IMG/VR virus record: IMGVR_UViG_3300031470_000003
Coordinates: 1 to 25,601 of that record
Source: a virus
Taxonomy: Duplodnaviria; Caudoviricetes
Length of the DNA stretch: 25,601 nt
Reading direction: 5' to 3' (one strand)
Shown here: one piece after another, positions 8,049 to 16,004 of the stretch
Layout of the letters: each line of letters opens with the position of its first letter
Numbering within the stretch: position 1 is the stretch's first letter
Made by a program: the position numbers and the translations under genes
The notes under the pieces: generated by a model
Seen by the model: only the letters and a program-made list of their open reading frames with translations
What the model was told of the DNA's origin: nothing
Databases searched by the model: none

Positions 8049-9440
8049 CTAGCGGGCTTGGGGGAGTACGCGGTCCCAGGTGGCGGTGGCGTAGGCGTTG
8101 AACTCTTCGGTGGTCATCTTTTCGACGGGCTTTTCCGGCGCGGATTCCTTGGCGACGAGACCGGCGCGGCGCGGTGGCCCGTACTTGGTGACGATCTCGG
8201 AGCGGAGGGCGTCGACGGCTTCGGTGACCTTGGTGGCCATGGTTTCCCCGAGCTCGCCGACGATGGCCTGGCGTTCGGCGCGGACAGCTTCGGTGACGGC
8301 GTTGCGCACGGTTTCGGTGACGTCCGCCTGCTCGGTGACGGGCTTGGTTTCGGGTGTCTTCTCGGTGACCGGCGCGGTTTCGGTGACCTTCTCGTCGGGC
8401 TTCGCCGTTTCGGTCACAGCATCGGTCGGCTTGCCGTCGGTGGACTCGGCGGCCTTCGCGTCGGCCTTGGGGGCGGTGCTCTTGCTCTCGGCCACGACGG
8501 GCCTCCCTTGCTCGTTGGTCGACTCGGTTGAGTCGGTGGGTATTCCCTGCATGGCCCCGCACTGGGGGCAGTAGTTGGCGCCGTCGGGGGTGTCCGCACC
8601 GCACGACCCGCAACCCGCGGCGTTGTCGGTGCCCATGGTTTGGGCGGCTGCTTTCGCAGCGGACCCGACCTGCGTGGCGGCGGTGTCGATGTCGTTGGGG
8701 TCCACACCGTGCTTGGACATGGACATGTAGTCCTTGCCCGCGTCGTGGTAGATGGAGATCGTGGCTTCCACCAAGTCGGCGAGCTGCGCGGCGGTGTACG
8801 GCTTTTGGTTCGCGGTCTGGTTGATGTGCTCCCAGGCCGCTTGGACGTGGGCTTGGGTGTCCGCCTCTGTGGTGGTGGCCTGGTCGGTGATTTCGTCTGC
8901 CACGAGGGCCTCCACGGATTCGGTGATGGGGGTTCGTCCGGCGGGTGCCGCTTCGGCGGCCAACCGGGTTTCGAAGGTGCGGATCCGGGCGGCGTCAACA
9001 CCAGGTGAGGCGGTGAAGTCGATGCCGTCGATTTCCATGTCTTCGGCGGTTTCCACGGTTTGCCCGTTGTGCTCAACGTTGGTGACGGGGCCGAGCCACC
9101 ACCCGCGGATGCTGACGGCGGCGAGGGCGCGTTTCCCGTCAGTGCCCGGGCGGGACGCGGCGGCAATGTCTTTGCCGGCGGTGGTGCCGACGGGGGCGGC
9201 TTCCCAGGTGGCGGTGCCGTTGGGGAGTTGCTGCACGGCGGTAACGACGGCGGCGATCTTCGTGGAATCGTCACCGGCGGCGTGGTGGGTGCGCATCGTG
9301 ATGGGCAGGGCGGTGGGGTCCGCGATGCGTTCCTGCATGCGGGTCACGGCTTTGCCGATCGCCGCCTTGTCGTAGAGGCGCCCGTTCTTGGAGACGCCGG
9401 GGGCGAGGAACGTGCCGGTGATCGGGGCAGCATTCGGCAT
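8049..9440 (-). CDS. Prohead protease/scaffold fusion
   Basis: N-terminal GTFLAPGVSKNGRLY...THH...VSIRG...GIDFTASPGV is typical of capsid maturation proteases. A CxxC-x10-CxxC ribbon and an acidic Thr-Glu-rich coiled scaffold tail follow. Start is ATG 9440 or GTG 9446. Confidence 0.85.
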   Translation of the reverse strand: MPNAAPITGTFLAPGVSKNGRLYDKAAIGKAVTRMQERIADPTALPITMRTHHAAGDDSTKIAAVVTAVQQLPNGTATWEAAPVGTTAGKDIAAASRPGTDGKRALAAVSIRGWWLGPVTNVEHNGQTVETAEDMEIDGIDFTASPGVDAARIRTFETRLAAEAAPAGRTPITESVEALVADEITDQATTTEADTQAHVQAAWEHINQTANQKPYTAAQLADLVEATISIYHDAGKDYMSMSKHGVDPNDIDTAATQVGSAAKAAAQTMGTDNAAGCGSCGADTPDGANYCPQCGAMQGIPTDSTESTNEQGRPVVAESKSTAPKADAKAAESTDGKPTDAVTETAKPDEKVTETAPVTEKTPETKPVTEQADVTETVRNAVTEAVRAERQAIVGELGETMATKVTEAVDALRSEIVTKYGPPRRAGLVAKESAPEKPVEKMTTEEFNAYATATWDRVLPQAR

Positions 9441-9462
9441 GGTCACCTCGCATGTAGGGGGG

Positions 9463-9468
9463 TATGCT
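9463..9468 (+). promoter_or_regulatory. Putative -10 element (TATGCT) for a leaderless plus-strand transcript
   Basis: TANNNT hexamer followed by 7 nt and then ATG 9476, with no clear SD; geometry typical of actinobacterial leaderless mRNAs. Confidence 0.45.
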
Positions 9469-9475
9469 TAGGGGT

Positions 9476-9718
9476 ATGAGCGACGGTGAGATCAACGAAG
9501 CGGACAGGTTGGGGTTCGCCACCCACGCAGGCGCGTTAGCGCTCGACCTTGAGCAGTGCACGCGGTACGCCCGCGAGTCTCTGGAACGCCGGGCCGAGTT
9601 CGTCCGTGAGTGGCGGGCCGCCGGTTACACCCAACGGAAGCTGGCCGAAGCCCTCGGCGTGACCCCGGCGGTCATTGCCACCATCGATAAACGAGCGAAA
9701 GGAAACGACAATGGCTAG
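9476..9718 (+). CDS. Helix-turn-helix DNA-binding protein
   Basis: RRAEFVREWRAAGYTQRKLAEALGVTPAVIATI is a clear HTH; start is ATG 9476 (alternative 9464). Confidence 0.8.
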   Translation: MSDGEINEADRLGFATHAGALALDLEQCTRYARESLERRAEFVREWRAAGYTQRKLAEALGVTPAVIATIDKRAKGNDNG

Positions 9719-9860
9719 GTCTTTGCTCAAGCAAATCCAGCGGGACACGTACCTGATCTCCCGCACCGCAGGGGATGCATCAGCGTTGCAACGCGGGGTG
9801 CTGCCGAAACGGCTCATCCGCCGCCGTGCCACCCGCGGACTCTTCCGGCTGTTCCGGTGA
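9711..9860 (+). CDS. Small basic hypothetical protein (49 aa)
   Basis: AAAGGAAA RBS then ATG 9711; MARSLLKQIQRDTYLISRTAGDASALQRGVLPKRLIRRRATRGLFRLFR; overlaps both neighbours. Confidence 0.7.
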   Translation: MARSLLKQIQRDTYLISRTAGDASALQRGVLPKRLIRRRATRGLFRLFR

Positions 9861-10156
9861 GCACCCCTGAGGTAACCCCGTCGCTGGATGACATGAAGAA
9901 CTGCTGCGGGTGGTGTGATCACGCAAGCGACCGCCACGAGCTTGACCGCGGGGGTCTACGCCTTGGTCAGTGCAGCGACTGTGACTGCAACCCCAGGCTG
10001 GCAGGTGACCGGGCGGACGCTGTTATGAAGTCCGTCCCTATCCCTGCGTCTCTCCCGGACCCTGAGGCAGTAGTGAAGGCGTGGGCGCGCACTGTCTGGC
10101 CGACCCTGGTCGTCGACGGGGACGGCCCTTCTGTTCCCCGACGCCGCCGCAGCTAG
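9857..10156 (+). CDS. Cys/His-rich hypothetical protein
   Basis: GTGA-coupled; CCGWCDHASDRH...CSDCDC metal-binding-like cluster; stop overlaps the convergent gene's stop (CTAG). Confidence 0.65.
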   Translation: MSTPEVTPSLDDMKNCCGWCDHASDRHELDRGGLRLGQCSDCDCNPRLAGDRADAVMKSVPIPASLPDPEAVVKAWARTVWPTLVVDGDGPSVPRRRRS

Positions 10157-10860
10157 GCGGGCATCGTCCAGCAGCGGCACATCCCGTGCGGCACCTCGGG
10201 CACGTCTTTCAGGTCGTAGGGGCTGCGGGCCTCGTACTCGTCGCACGTCTGGCACACCCGCTCGTCGAGCATCGTTGACCAGTTCACCTGTGTCACCTGA
10301 AGAGTCGCGTAGATGGCGTGGGTGGCGTCGAGGAAGTCCCGGCTGTTCATGAGGTCCAGGTAGTACAGGGCGCCGGGGGATTCGCCCATGAGGTCGATCA
10401 GTTCGGCGTCGTCCACGTCGTTGCCGAGGGCGGTGGCGGCGTCGGCGCCGACCCCGGACAGTTGGTCGAGGACTCTTCCGTCCGCGACGTACAGACCGGT
10501 GTCCGATGGTGTCGTGGTGTCGGGTTCGACGGGCAGGTGCCCTCGGGTGAGTACATGCCCAGCGGCAGCAGCACCGGAGCGTTGCGCCGTGGCCTGCGCG
10601 TCCTGGTTGACGGCCGACCAGTCGGGGATCACACCCGTAACGGTGGCTTGGCGGGTGAGGTCGGCGGTGGCCTGCTGTTTACGGGCTGCGGGGTGGGCGT
10701 CAGGGTTGACCGCTGATCGGAGACTCGGCACGTCCACCGCGGCGGCGAACACCCCGAGGACACCGATGAGGGCGAGGGCAGCTTTCCGGTGCATCTTCCG
10801 GCGCTGCTTGTCCACGTTCGCGAGCAGAGCGGCTTGTTTCTGTTCAGTCTTGGTGGTCAC
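10153..10860 (-). CDS. Head morphogenesis protein (Mu gpF / SPP1 gp7-like)
   Basis: C-terminal W.TMLDERVCQTC...PHGMCRC signature. Confidence 0.85.
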   Translation of the reverse strand: MTTKTEQKQAALLANVDKQRRKMHRKAALALIGVLGVFAAAVDVPSLRSAVNPDAHPAARKQQATADLTRQATVTGVIPDWSAVNQDAQATAQRSGAAAAGHVLTRGHLPVEPDTTTPSDTGLYVADGRVLDQLSGVGADAATALGNDVDDAELIDLMGESPGALYYLDLMNSRDFLDATHAIYATLQVTQVNWSTMLDERVCQTCDEYEARSPYDLKDVPEVPHGMCRCWTMPA

Positions 10861-11192
10861 TGGTGAGGTGATGGTGGTGGGTCGGGGTGCGGTAAGTTGA
10901 GGTGCGCCCGGACCTGCTCACGGAACTGATGCTGCCGCTCGTTGTGCTTGGCCTGCTCGCGGATCACGTGGACGGTGCCACCGGCGGCGATGCTCGCGCC
11001 GAGGGCTGACACGACGTTGGTGTAGTTACCGAGCACGAGCTGCAGGGTGGCCGATGGTTCGAGCGCTGGGACGAACAGGCCGAGGACGCCGAACCCCACG
11101 AGATAGACGAACAGCAGCAGGTAGAAGATGATCGACGGCTTCGAGGCGAGCAGACCGGGGATTGCTGCGAGGGCTGCGTTGAGGCGTTTCAT
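10857..11192 (-). CDS. Small membrane protein (two predicted TM helices)
   Basis: Hydrophobic IIFYLLLFVYLVGFGVLGLFV and LVLGNYTNVVSALGASIAAGGTV segments with a charged His-rich C-tail; GAGGT RBS. Confidence 0.75.
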   Translation of the reverse strand: MKRLNAALAAIPGLLASKPSIIFYLLLFVYLVGFGVLGLFVPALEPSATLQLVLGNYTNVVSALGASIAAGGTVHVIREQAKHNERQHQFREQVRAHLNLPHPDPPPSPHQ

Positions 11193-11197
11193 CGGGG

Positions 11198-11725
11198 CTA
11201 CCTCTTCCTTCGGCGCCGGGACAGGTTGTGGATACTCGCCGCCCGTTGCCGGGTGGTGCGGGTCCTGCCCTTTGCGGCCTGTCGAGCCCGGGTGAGGTTG
11301 CGGATCCCTGCCGCCCGTTGCCGACCAGTACGTGGTCGTCCCTTCGCGGCTTGCCGAGCATGGGCGAGGTTGCGGACACCCGCCGCTCGTTGAGCCGCTG
11401 TATGGGGTCTGCCCCGCTGTGTGGCCCGTCCCTTCGCCAAGTTCACCAGTGCGGCGGCGTGCTGGGCTGCGGTACGTGGTCTTCCGTGTTCCGCAGACCT
11501 CGCTTTGACGAGGTTGGTGCGGGCGGCCGCCAGTTGCGCAGAAGTACGGGGGCGGCCTTTCTGTGCCGCCCTGGCCTTGATGAGGTTGCCGCGGGCGGCG
11601 GAGAGCTGCGCGGCGGACCGTGGTCGTCCTTTTTGCGCCAGGCGGGCGGCGATCAGGTTGTGGGCAGCAGCCCCGCGTTGGGCGCTTGATTCGGTGCGGG
11701 GACCGCGCCTACCACCACGGGGCAC
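11198..11725 (-). CDS. Highly basic protein with seven ~24-aa repeats (GRPR...Q.AA...NL..AR)
   Basis: The repeat is conserved at protein level while the 72-bp DNA units are diverged; it fits exactly between neighbouring genes. Confidence 0.8.
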   Translation of the reverse strand: MPRGGRRGPRTESSAQRGAAAHNLIAARLAQKGRPRSAAQLSAARGNLIKARAAQKGRPRTSAQLAAARTNLVKARSAEHGRPRTAAQHAAALVNLAKGRATQRGRPHTAAQRAAGVRNLAHARQAAKGRPRTGRQRAAGIRNLTRARQAAKGRTRTTRQRAASIHNLSRRRRKR

Positions 11726-11728
11726 AGG

Positions 11729-11872
11729 TCAGCCGATTTCCTTGGGCACCAACGCCGCCACCTTGTCGGCCGTTTCCACGCCCGCGTTCGCCGGGGACCG
11801 GGAAGGGGCGGTCACCTTGGGCGGTTCAGCGGGGGACACAGGTACCGGTGGTGGCGGCGTTGGTGCGCTCAT
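11729..11872 (-). CDS. Small Pro-rich hypothetical protein (47 aa)
   Basis: Below the ORF-track cutoff: MSAPTPPPPVPVSPAEPPKVTAPSRSPANAGVETADKVAALVPKEIG; 3-nt gaps to both neighbours. Confidence 0.6.
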   Translation of the reverse strand: MSAPTPPPPVPVSPAEPPKVTAPSRSPANAGVETADKVAALVPKEIG

Positions 11873-11875
11873 GGG

Positions 11876-12934
11876 TTACTTCGCCGACTCGGTGCCCGAC
11901 GGCGAAGACGGCAGGCTGCTGCTGCTGGCCGCCGACTTCGCGTCCGACTTCGCTGCGGAGCTGTCGGAGGGGCTGGACGTGTTCGGCGTCATCGCCGCCG
12001 CCGTGCTGGCATCCGAAGGCTTCGAGGAGGTGTCGGTGCTGGACGATGCCGAGCTGGATGTGCCCGACGGCGAAGACGGCAGGCTGCTGCTGCTGTCCTT
12101 CGGCTTCGCCGTGGTGGTGTCCGTGCTCGACTTCGAGGTGTCTGAGCTCGACGAGCTCGTCGAGCTGGACGCATTGTCGGGCTTCGGCTCGTCCTTCGCC
12201 GACGCCGCCGACTGCGGAGGCTCCGGTGTGGCACCCGCCACCGGGGTACCCGCCCCTGATGCTGCGTCCGGGGCCGTACCCGCACCCGTGGGCGCTGCGG
12301 TGGGCTGGTTCGTGGACGTCGCCACACCACCCGCCGCCGGGGGTGTCGAGGAATCGGGGGATGCTGAGGGACCCGCCTGCTCCGTACCCGGGCCCGTGGC
12401 CTGAGCCTGCGTCTGCTCCTGTGTGGGGGTCTGCTGCGCCGCCGGGGCCGCTACGGTGCCACCACCGATGGTCGGCACTGTCACCGGGGCACCCGTCGAA
12501 GCATCCACCGTGGCACCCGCCACCGTCGTCCCAGGCGCCAACGCCGAACCCGGCTCCACCGTGGCACCCACCGGCGTCACCCGGGCAGGGACAGGCACCG
12601 CATCCACCGACGCCCGCAACGACGCGACCTGCGTTTCGATGGCATCCGCCGCGGCCTGCACCTCCGGGGACGGGGCGTGCTCCGCCGCAGAGAGCTGCGA
12701 CTTCAGATTCGCCACCTGCGACTCGATCATGTTGGTGACCGCCGCGAGGTCGGTGAGGGCAGTGGTGACGGGGCTGACAGTGGGGCTGGTCATGAGGGTC
12801 TCCATTCGGTTCTCGCACACAGCGAGTCGGGTACTGATGGTTTCGATCCAAGTGTTCGTTTGGGCGTGTTCGAAGCGGGTTTCGACGGACTGCATCCACG
12901 CGTTGATCGCCGCCGACGCCGCCGGGGGAATCAC
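11876..12934 (-). CDS. Coiled-coil plus Ser/Thr/Ala/Pro low-complexity hypothetical protein
   Basis: GTGA-coupled to the portal stop; helical N-terminus and a long disordered tail; possible second start at ATG 12793 after GGAGA. Confidence 0.75.
   Translation of the reverse strand: MIPPAASAAINAWMQSVETRFEHAQTNTWIETISTRLAVCENRMETLMTSPTVSPVTTALTDLAAVTNMIESQVANLKSQLSAAEHAPSPEVQAAADAIETQVASLRASVDAVPVPARVTPVGATVEPGSALAPGTTVAGATVDASTGAPVTVPTIGGGTVAAPAAQQTPTQEQTQAQATGPGTEQAGPSASPDSSTPPAAGGVATSTNQPTAAPTGAGTAPDAASGAGTPVAGATPEPPQSAASAKDEPKPDNASSSTSSSSSDTSKSSTDTTTAKPKDSSSSLPSSPSGTSSSASSSTDTSSKPSDASTAAAMTPNTSSPSDSSAAKSDAKSAASSSSLPSSPSGTESAK
11892..12095. repeat. Exact 36-bp direct repeat (11892-11927 and 12060-12095) encoding SSSSLPSSPSGT
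   Basis: gtgcccgacggcgaagacggcaggctgctgctgctg occurs twice. Confidence 0.9.
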
Positions 12935-14400
12935 AGGGTGTCGTCGTGGAGGTTGAGGATGTGGTTACGGACCTTCTCCGCGATGCTCATGGTGTATGCG
13001 GCGGATTCGTCGGGCTGCGTTGGCAGGGCTGCACCGGACTGTGGATCAGCGGGGGGAATGGGGAGGACGTCCGCGCCCTTACCGGCGAGGGCGTCAACCT
13101 CAGCGGTGGACATGGCACCCAAGTCCCGCCACAACAGCGCGATACGGCTCAGGATCAGCGCCGGGTTGTCACCCTCGGGGCCGACGTCGGGCTCATCGAT
13201 TTCCTGCCGGTACCTGTTCAGGGTCCAGCTGCCGTTCTTCAACCGCGTGTCGCGGATGTCCTCGACAACTTTGTCGTCCCGCCAGTCGACGGTCCCGAAG
13301 TGCATTTTCCAGCCGTCGACACTGAACGCGGACAGGAGGGTGAAGTTGAACTTTTCGAGGACAATTTCCCCCACCGGCCCGCACGTGTTGACGCGAAAGG
13401 TTTTGTCCTGTGATGATCCTGTGCCGCCGCCGAGGTTCCCGGACTCTATGACCCCCACCTTCGACGGGGGCACCCCTGCTGCGGACAGGATGACGTCGCG
13501 TTGCTGGTCGAGCACCGCGAGGTAGTCGCCGATTTTCCCCACGTTCAGCTCGGCGACGGTGGTGTCGCCGTGGGTGGTGATGGGAGTGCCGATGTTCCCG
13601 ATGCCCACGTTGCGGATCATGTGCTGTTGCCGCCACAGCCGGATGTCGGAGTCCTGGTGCTCCACACCGAACCCGACGTGCAGGTTCAGCGGGTTCCCTT
13701 TCCGCATGGTTTCTTTCAGTAGTCCGGCGGTGAACAGCCACACGAGGACGGGCAGATACGCTTTTTCGCAGGTCCCGATGCCGTACAGGGAGCCGCGGGG
13801 GGCGTCTTTGGAGACGTGGATGATCTGCTCGGGCTCGAAGTGCGCGGTGCGGTACCCCAATGTTTGGTCGAACCCGGTGACTTGGCCGTGTTCGTCGGCA
13901 TCGACGCTCATCGTCGCTGCGTCCAAGCTGTACAGGGCCACTGGTTTGCCGAAGAGCACCACGATTTCGGTGAAGGAGTCGCCGTATATTTCGGCGTCGG
14001 TGATCACTCCGCGCAGGAGTTGCCGCACGTCTTCGTGGGGGTTCACGTAGTCGAGCAACGCCTGCAACTGCTGCACGGGTGGCGGTGGGTGTTCGGCGTC
14101 CAGTTCGTCGTCGGGTACCACGTGCAGGCCGCCGGCGGTGACGGTGCGGGCGATGACGTCGACGGGGGCGGACACCCAGGGGCAGGAGGTGTACGCGGAG
14201 TAGAACTGGCGCATCGTTTCGGCGCGCCCGTTTTCGTAGTCGCCGCCGGGGTTGAACGGGGTGGCGCCACCGACGGGGACATCACTGTCGTAACCGGCCC
14301 GTACCGGGGTGGCAGCGGGGCGGGCTGGGGCAAGGATCGGGGTGGCTTCGGTGACGGGTTCGGTAGGGCCTTCGAAGAGGAAGTCACGTAACCAACCCAC
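12931..14400 (-). CDS. Portal protein (HK97-family)
   Basis: VSAPVDVIARTV, YVNPHE, IYGDSF, EQIIHV...LYGIG, ILSAAGVPPSKVG and GSWTLNRYRQEI motifs; GAGGAGG RBS; follows TerL. Confidence 0.93.
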   Translation of the reverse strand: MGWLRDFLFEGPTEPVTEATPILAPARPAATPVRAGYDSDVPVGGATPFNPGGDYENGRAETMRQFYSAYTSCPWVSAPVDVIARTVTAGGLHVVPDDELDAEHPPPPVQQLQALLDYVNPHEDVRQLLRGVITDAEIYGDSFTEIVVLFGKPVALYSLDAATMSVDADEHGQVTGFDQTLGYRTAHFEPEQIIHVSKDAPRGSLYGIGTCEKAYLPVLVWLFTAGLLKETMRKGNPLNLHVGFGVEHQDSDIRLWRQQHMIRNVGIGNIGTPITTHGDTTVAELNVGKIGDYLAVLDQQRDVILSAAGVPPSKVGVIESGNLGGGTGSSQDKTFRVNTCGPVGEIVLEKFNFTLLSAFSVDGWKMHFGTVDWRDDKVVEDIRDTRLKNGSWTLNRYRQEIDEPDVGPEGDNPALILSRIALLWRDLGAMSTAEVDALAGKGADVLPIPPADPQSGAALPTQPDESAAYTMSIAEKVRNHILNLHDDTL

Positions 14401-14418
14401 AACCGCCTCCTCATCGTC

Positions 14419-16004
14419 TCATGTGGCCCACGGTGCGCGGGTGATTTTCCCCAGGTCCGGGTCACGCTCCGGTGCACCCGGTGCCCACCCGTAACCGTTG
14501 CCGGACGGTGTCGTCAACTGCTCCACAGCGACCACCGGGTCGTGCAGGTCCGGGTCGAGAAGCAGGGATGACACGGTGCCCACAGCCATCAGGAGGTAGC
14601 GACTGGCGTCGTAATGGTGGTCAGCGCCAGCGGTATTCACATCTTCGGGGCGGTGCGGGTCGTAGGTCAGGTTCGGCAGGGTCCGTACCAGTTCGGGGCA
14701 GGTGCCGTCGAGGATGTGCAGCATCGGGCAGGTGTCCCAACCGAGTGCCCGGTGATGGGCGCACGCCGGTCCATCGGCCAGGTAGGTGTGGTAGCGGGCT
14801 TTGCCGCCGAGCCGGTCGTTGTCCGCCTTCGACAGGGCCACACCTTCGATGGCGAACTGTGATGACGGTGGTAGTGCTGACCCGGTTTTGCCCCACATCG
14901 CGGGGTCCGCGGCGTGCCGGACGACTTGTTCCCCGGTTTCGGCGGTGAGGATGTTCCGGGCCTGTTCCCGTTCCGGGGTTTGCACCATGGTCAGCTCGCG
15001 GTACAGCCACATGCGGCCGTCGTTGTCGCGGGCGCCCCAGATGACCACTGATGGTGCGGTCCACCCGTAGTCCATGCCCGCGTACCGCAACCAGGTGGCG
15101 GGGAGTTCGATGCGGGGCACGACGTGCCGGTCGTGGCGCCATTCGGTGAAGACTTGGCCGCTGAAACTGGTCCATGATCCGTCGCGGAACGCGGCGCGCA
15201 TCGCCTCGGGCAGGTTGTCCAGGTCGGAGGCGTATTCGGGGTTCAGGTGCGGATTATCGGTGAGCTTCGCGGGGATGAACCGCACCTGCCGGCCCCGGTT
15301 GTCGGTGATGATTTTCGCCCCGTGGTCGGTGGCGTCGATGTAACGCTGCTTCACTGCGCCGTGCCCGACGCCGCCGGGGTTGGAGCTGCTGCGTACCCCC
15401 AACACGGGGATGTCCTCACGCCCGGACCGTAACCGGGATTCGAGGAACGACACCACATCCGGCGGAGTCAGGGTCCGCTCATCGAACAACAACAGCTGGT
15501 ACTGCCCGCCTTGGCGTTTCGTGGCGTCCGTGATGTTCTCGGCGTACCGGAACATCATCAGCGATCCGTTGGGGAACCGCAGGTCGTGGTGGGAGCGGTC
15601 GTATTCGGCGCCGACGTCGCGGGCGAAGGAGTAGTTGCCCAGTTCGGCGAGCAGGGACTCTTCGAGCTCGGGGTAGGAGCGGCGGAAGGCGCCGACCCGG
15701 ATGCCGGGGTGACGCATGCAGATGCGGATGCCCTCCATCAGGAGGGCCAGGCTTTTCCCCCGCCTGCCGATCCACCGAACAGGACATCCCATTCGGTTGC
15801 GGCGTGAAACAGTTCTTGCGGGCATTGCCCGCACGCGGGGACGTCTAGTCCTTGTTCGGCGGCTTTGGCGCGGGGTAGGCAGTTCGGTTCGTAGCCGAGC
15901 ATCCCGAACACGTCGGCGTTGGCTGCATCGGCAGCGTCAGCGGTTTGTTTCGCCGTCCGCAGTTCCCTCAATAGCTGCAATTTCGATATTTGCAGCTCGG
16001 GCAG
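14419..16004 (-). CDS. terL: Terminase large subunit, encoded in two frames joined by a -1 shift at 15759-15753
   Basis: The upstream frame carries PQELF...DVLFGGSAGGGK. The downstream frame continues SLALLMEG...FRRSYPEL, LLLFDE (Walker B), SSNPGGVGH (motif III), GMDYG and DHHYDASRY (nuclease). The start codon is uncertain (CTG 16004, TTG 15980 or TTG 16049). It may instead be a pseudogene or a sequencing error. Confidence 0.88.
15730..15759 (-). promoter_or_regulatory. Candidate -1 frameshift signal: G_GGA_AAA, 5-nt spacer, GCCCUCC-UGAU-GGAGGGC hairpin
   Basis: In-phase X_XXY_YYZ heptamer at 15759-15753; perfect 7-bp stem at 15747-15730 with the 0-frame UGA in its loop. Confidence 0.5.

Noticed and set aside
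11198-12095. CRISPR-like or DGR-like repeats
   Set aside because: The repeats are in-frame coding repeats without unique spacers; there is no cas or reverse transcriptase gene and no adenine-specific divergence.
15738-15760. Intein or group I intron interrupting terL
   Set aside because: The two parts abut with a single-base offset, so there is no inserted sequence.
15760-15834. TerL start at GTG 15834 as given by the ORF track (MRAMPARTVSRR...IGRRGKS)
   Set aside because: It lacks the PQ..F motif and the GGSAGGGK P-loop, which lie in the other frame; the N-terminal text looks off-frame.
15834-15939. terS stop read-through into the in-frame TerL C-terminal ORF (no intervening stop)
   Set aside because: The product would bypass the conserved Walker A frame, and the linker reads as Arg/Cys-rich off-frame sequence.
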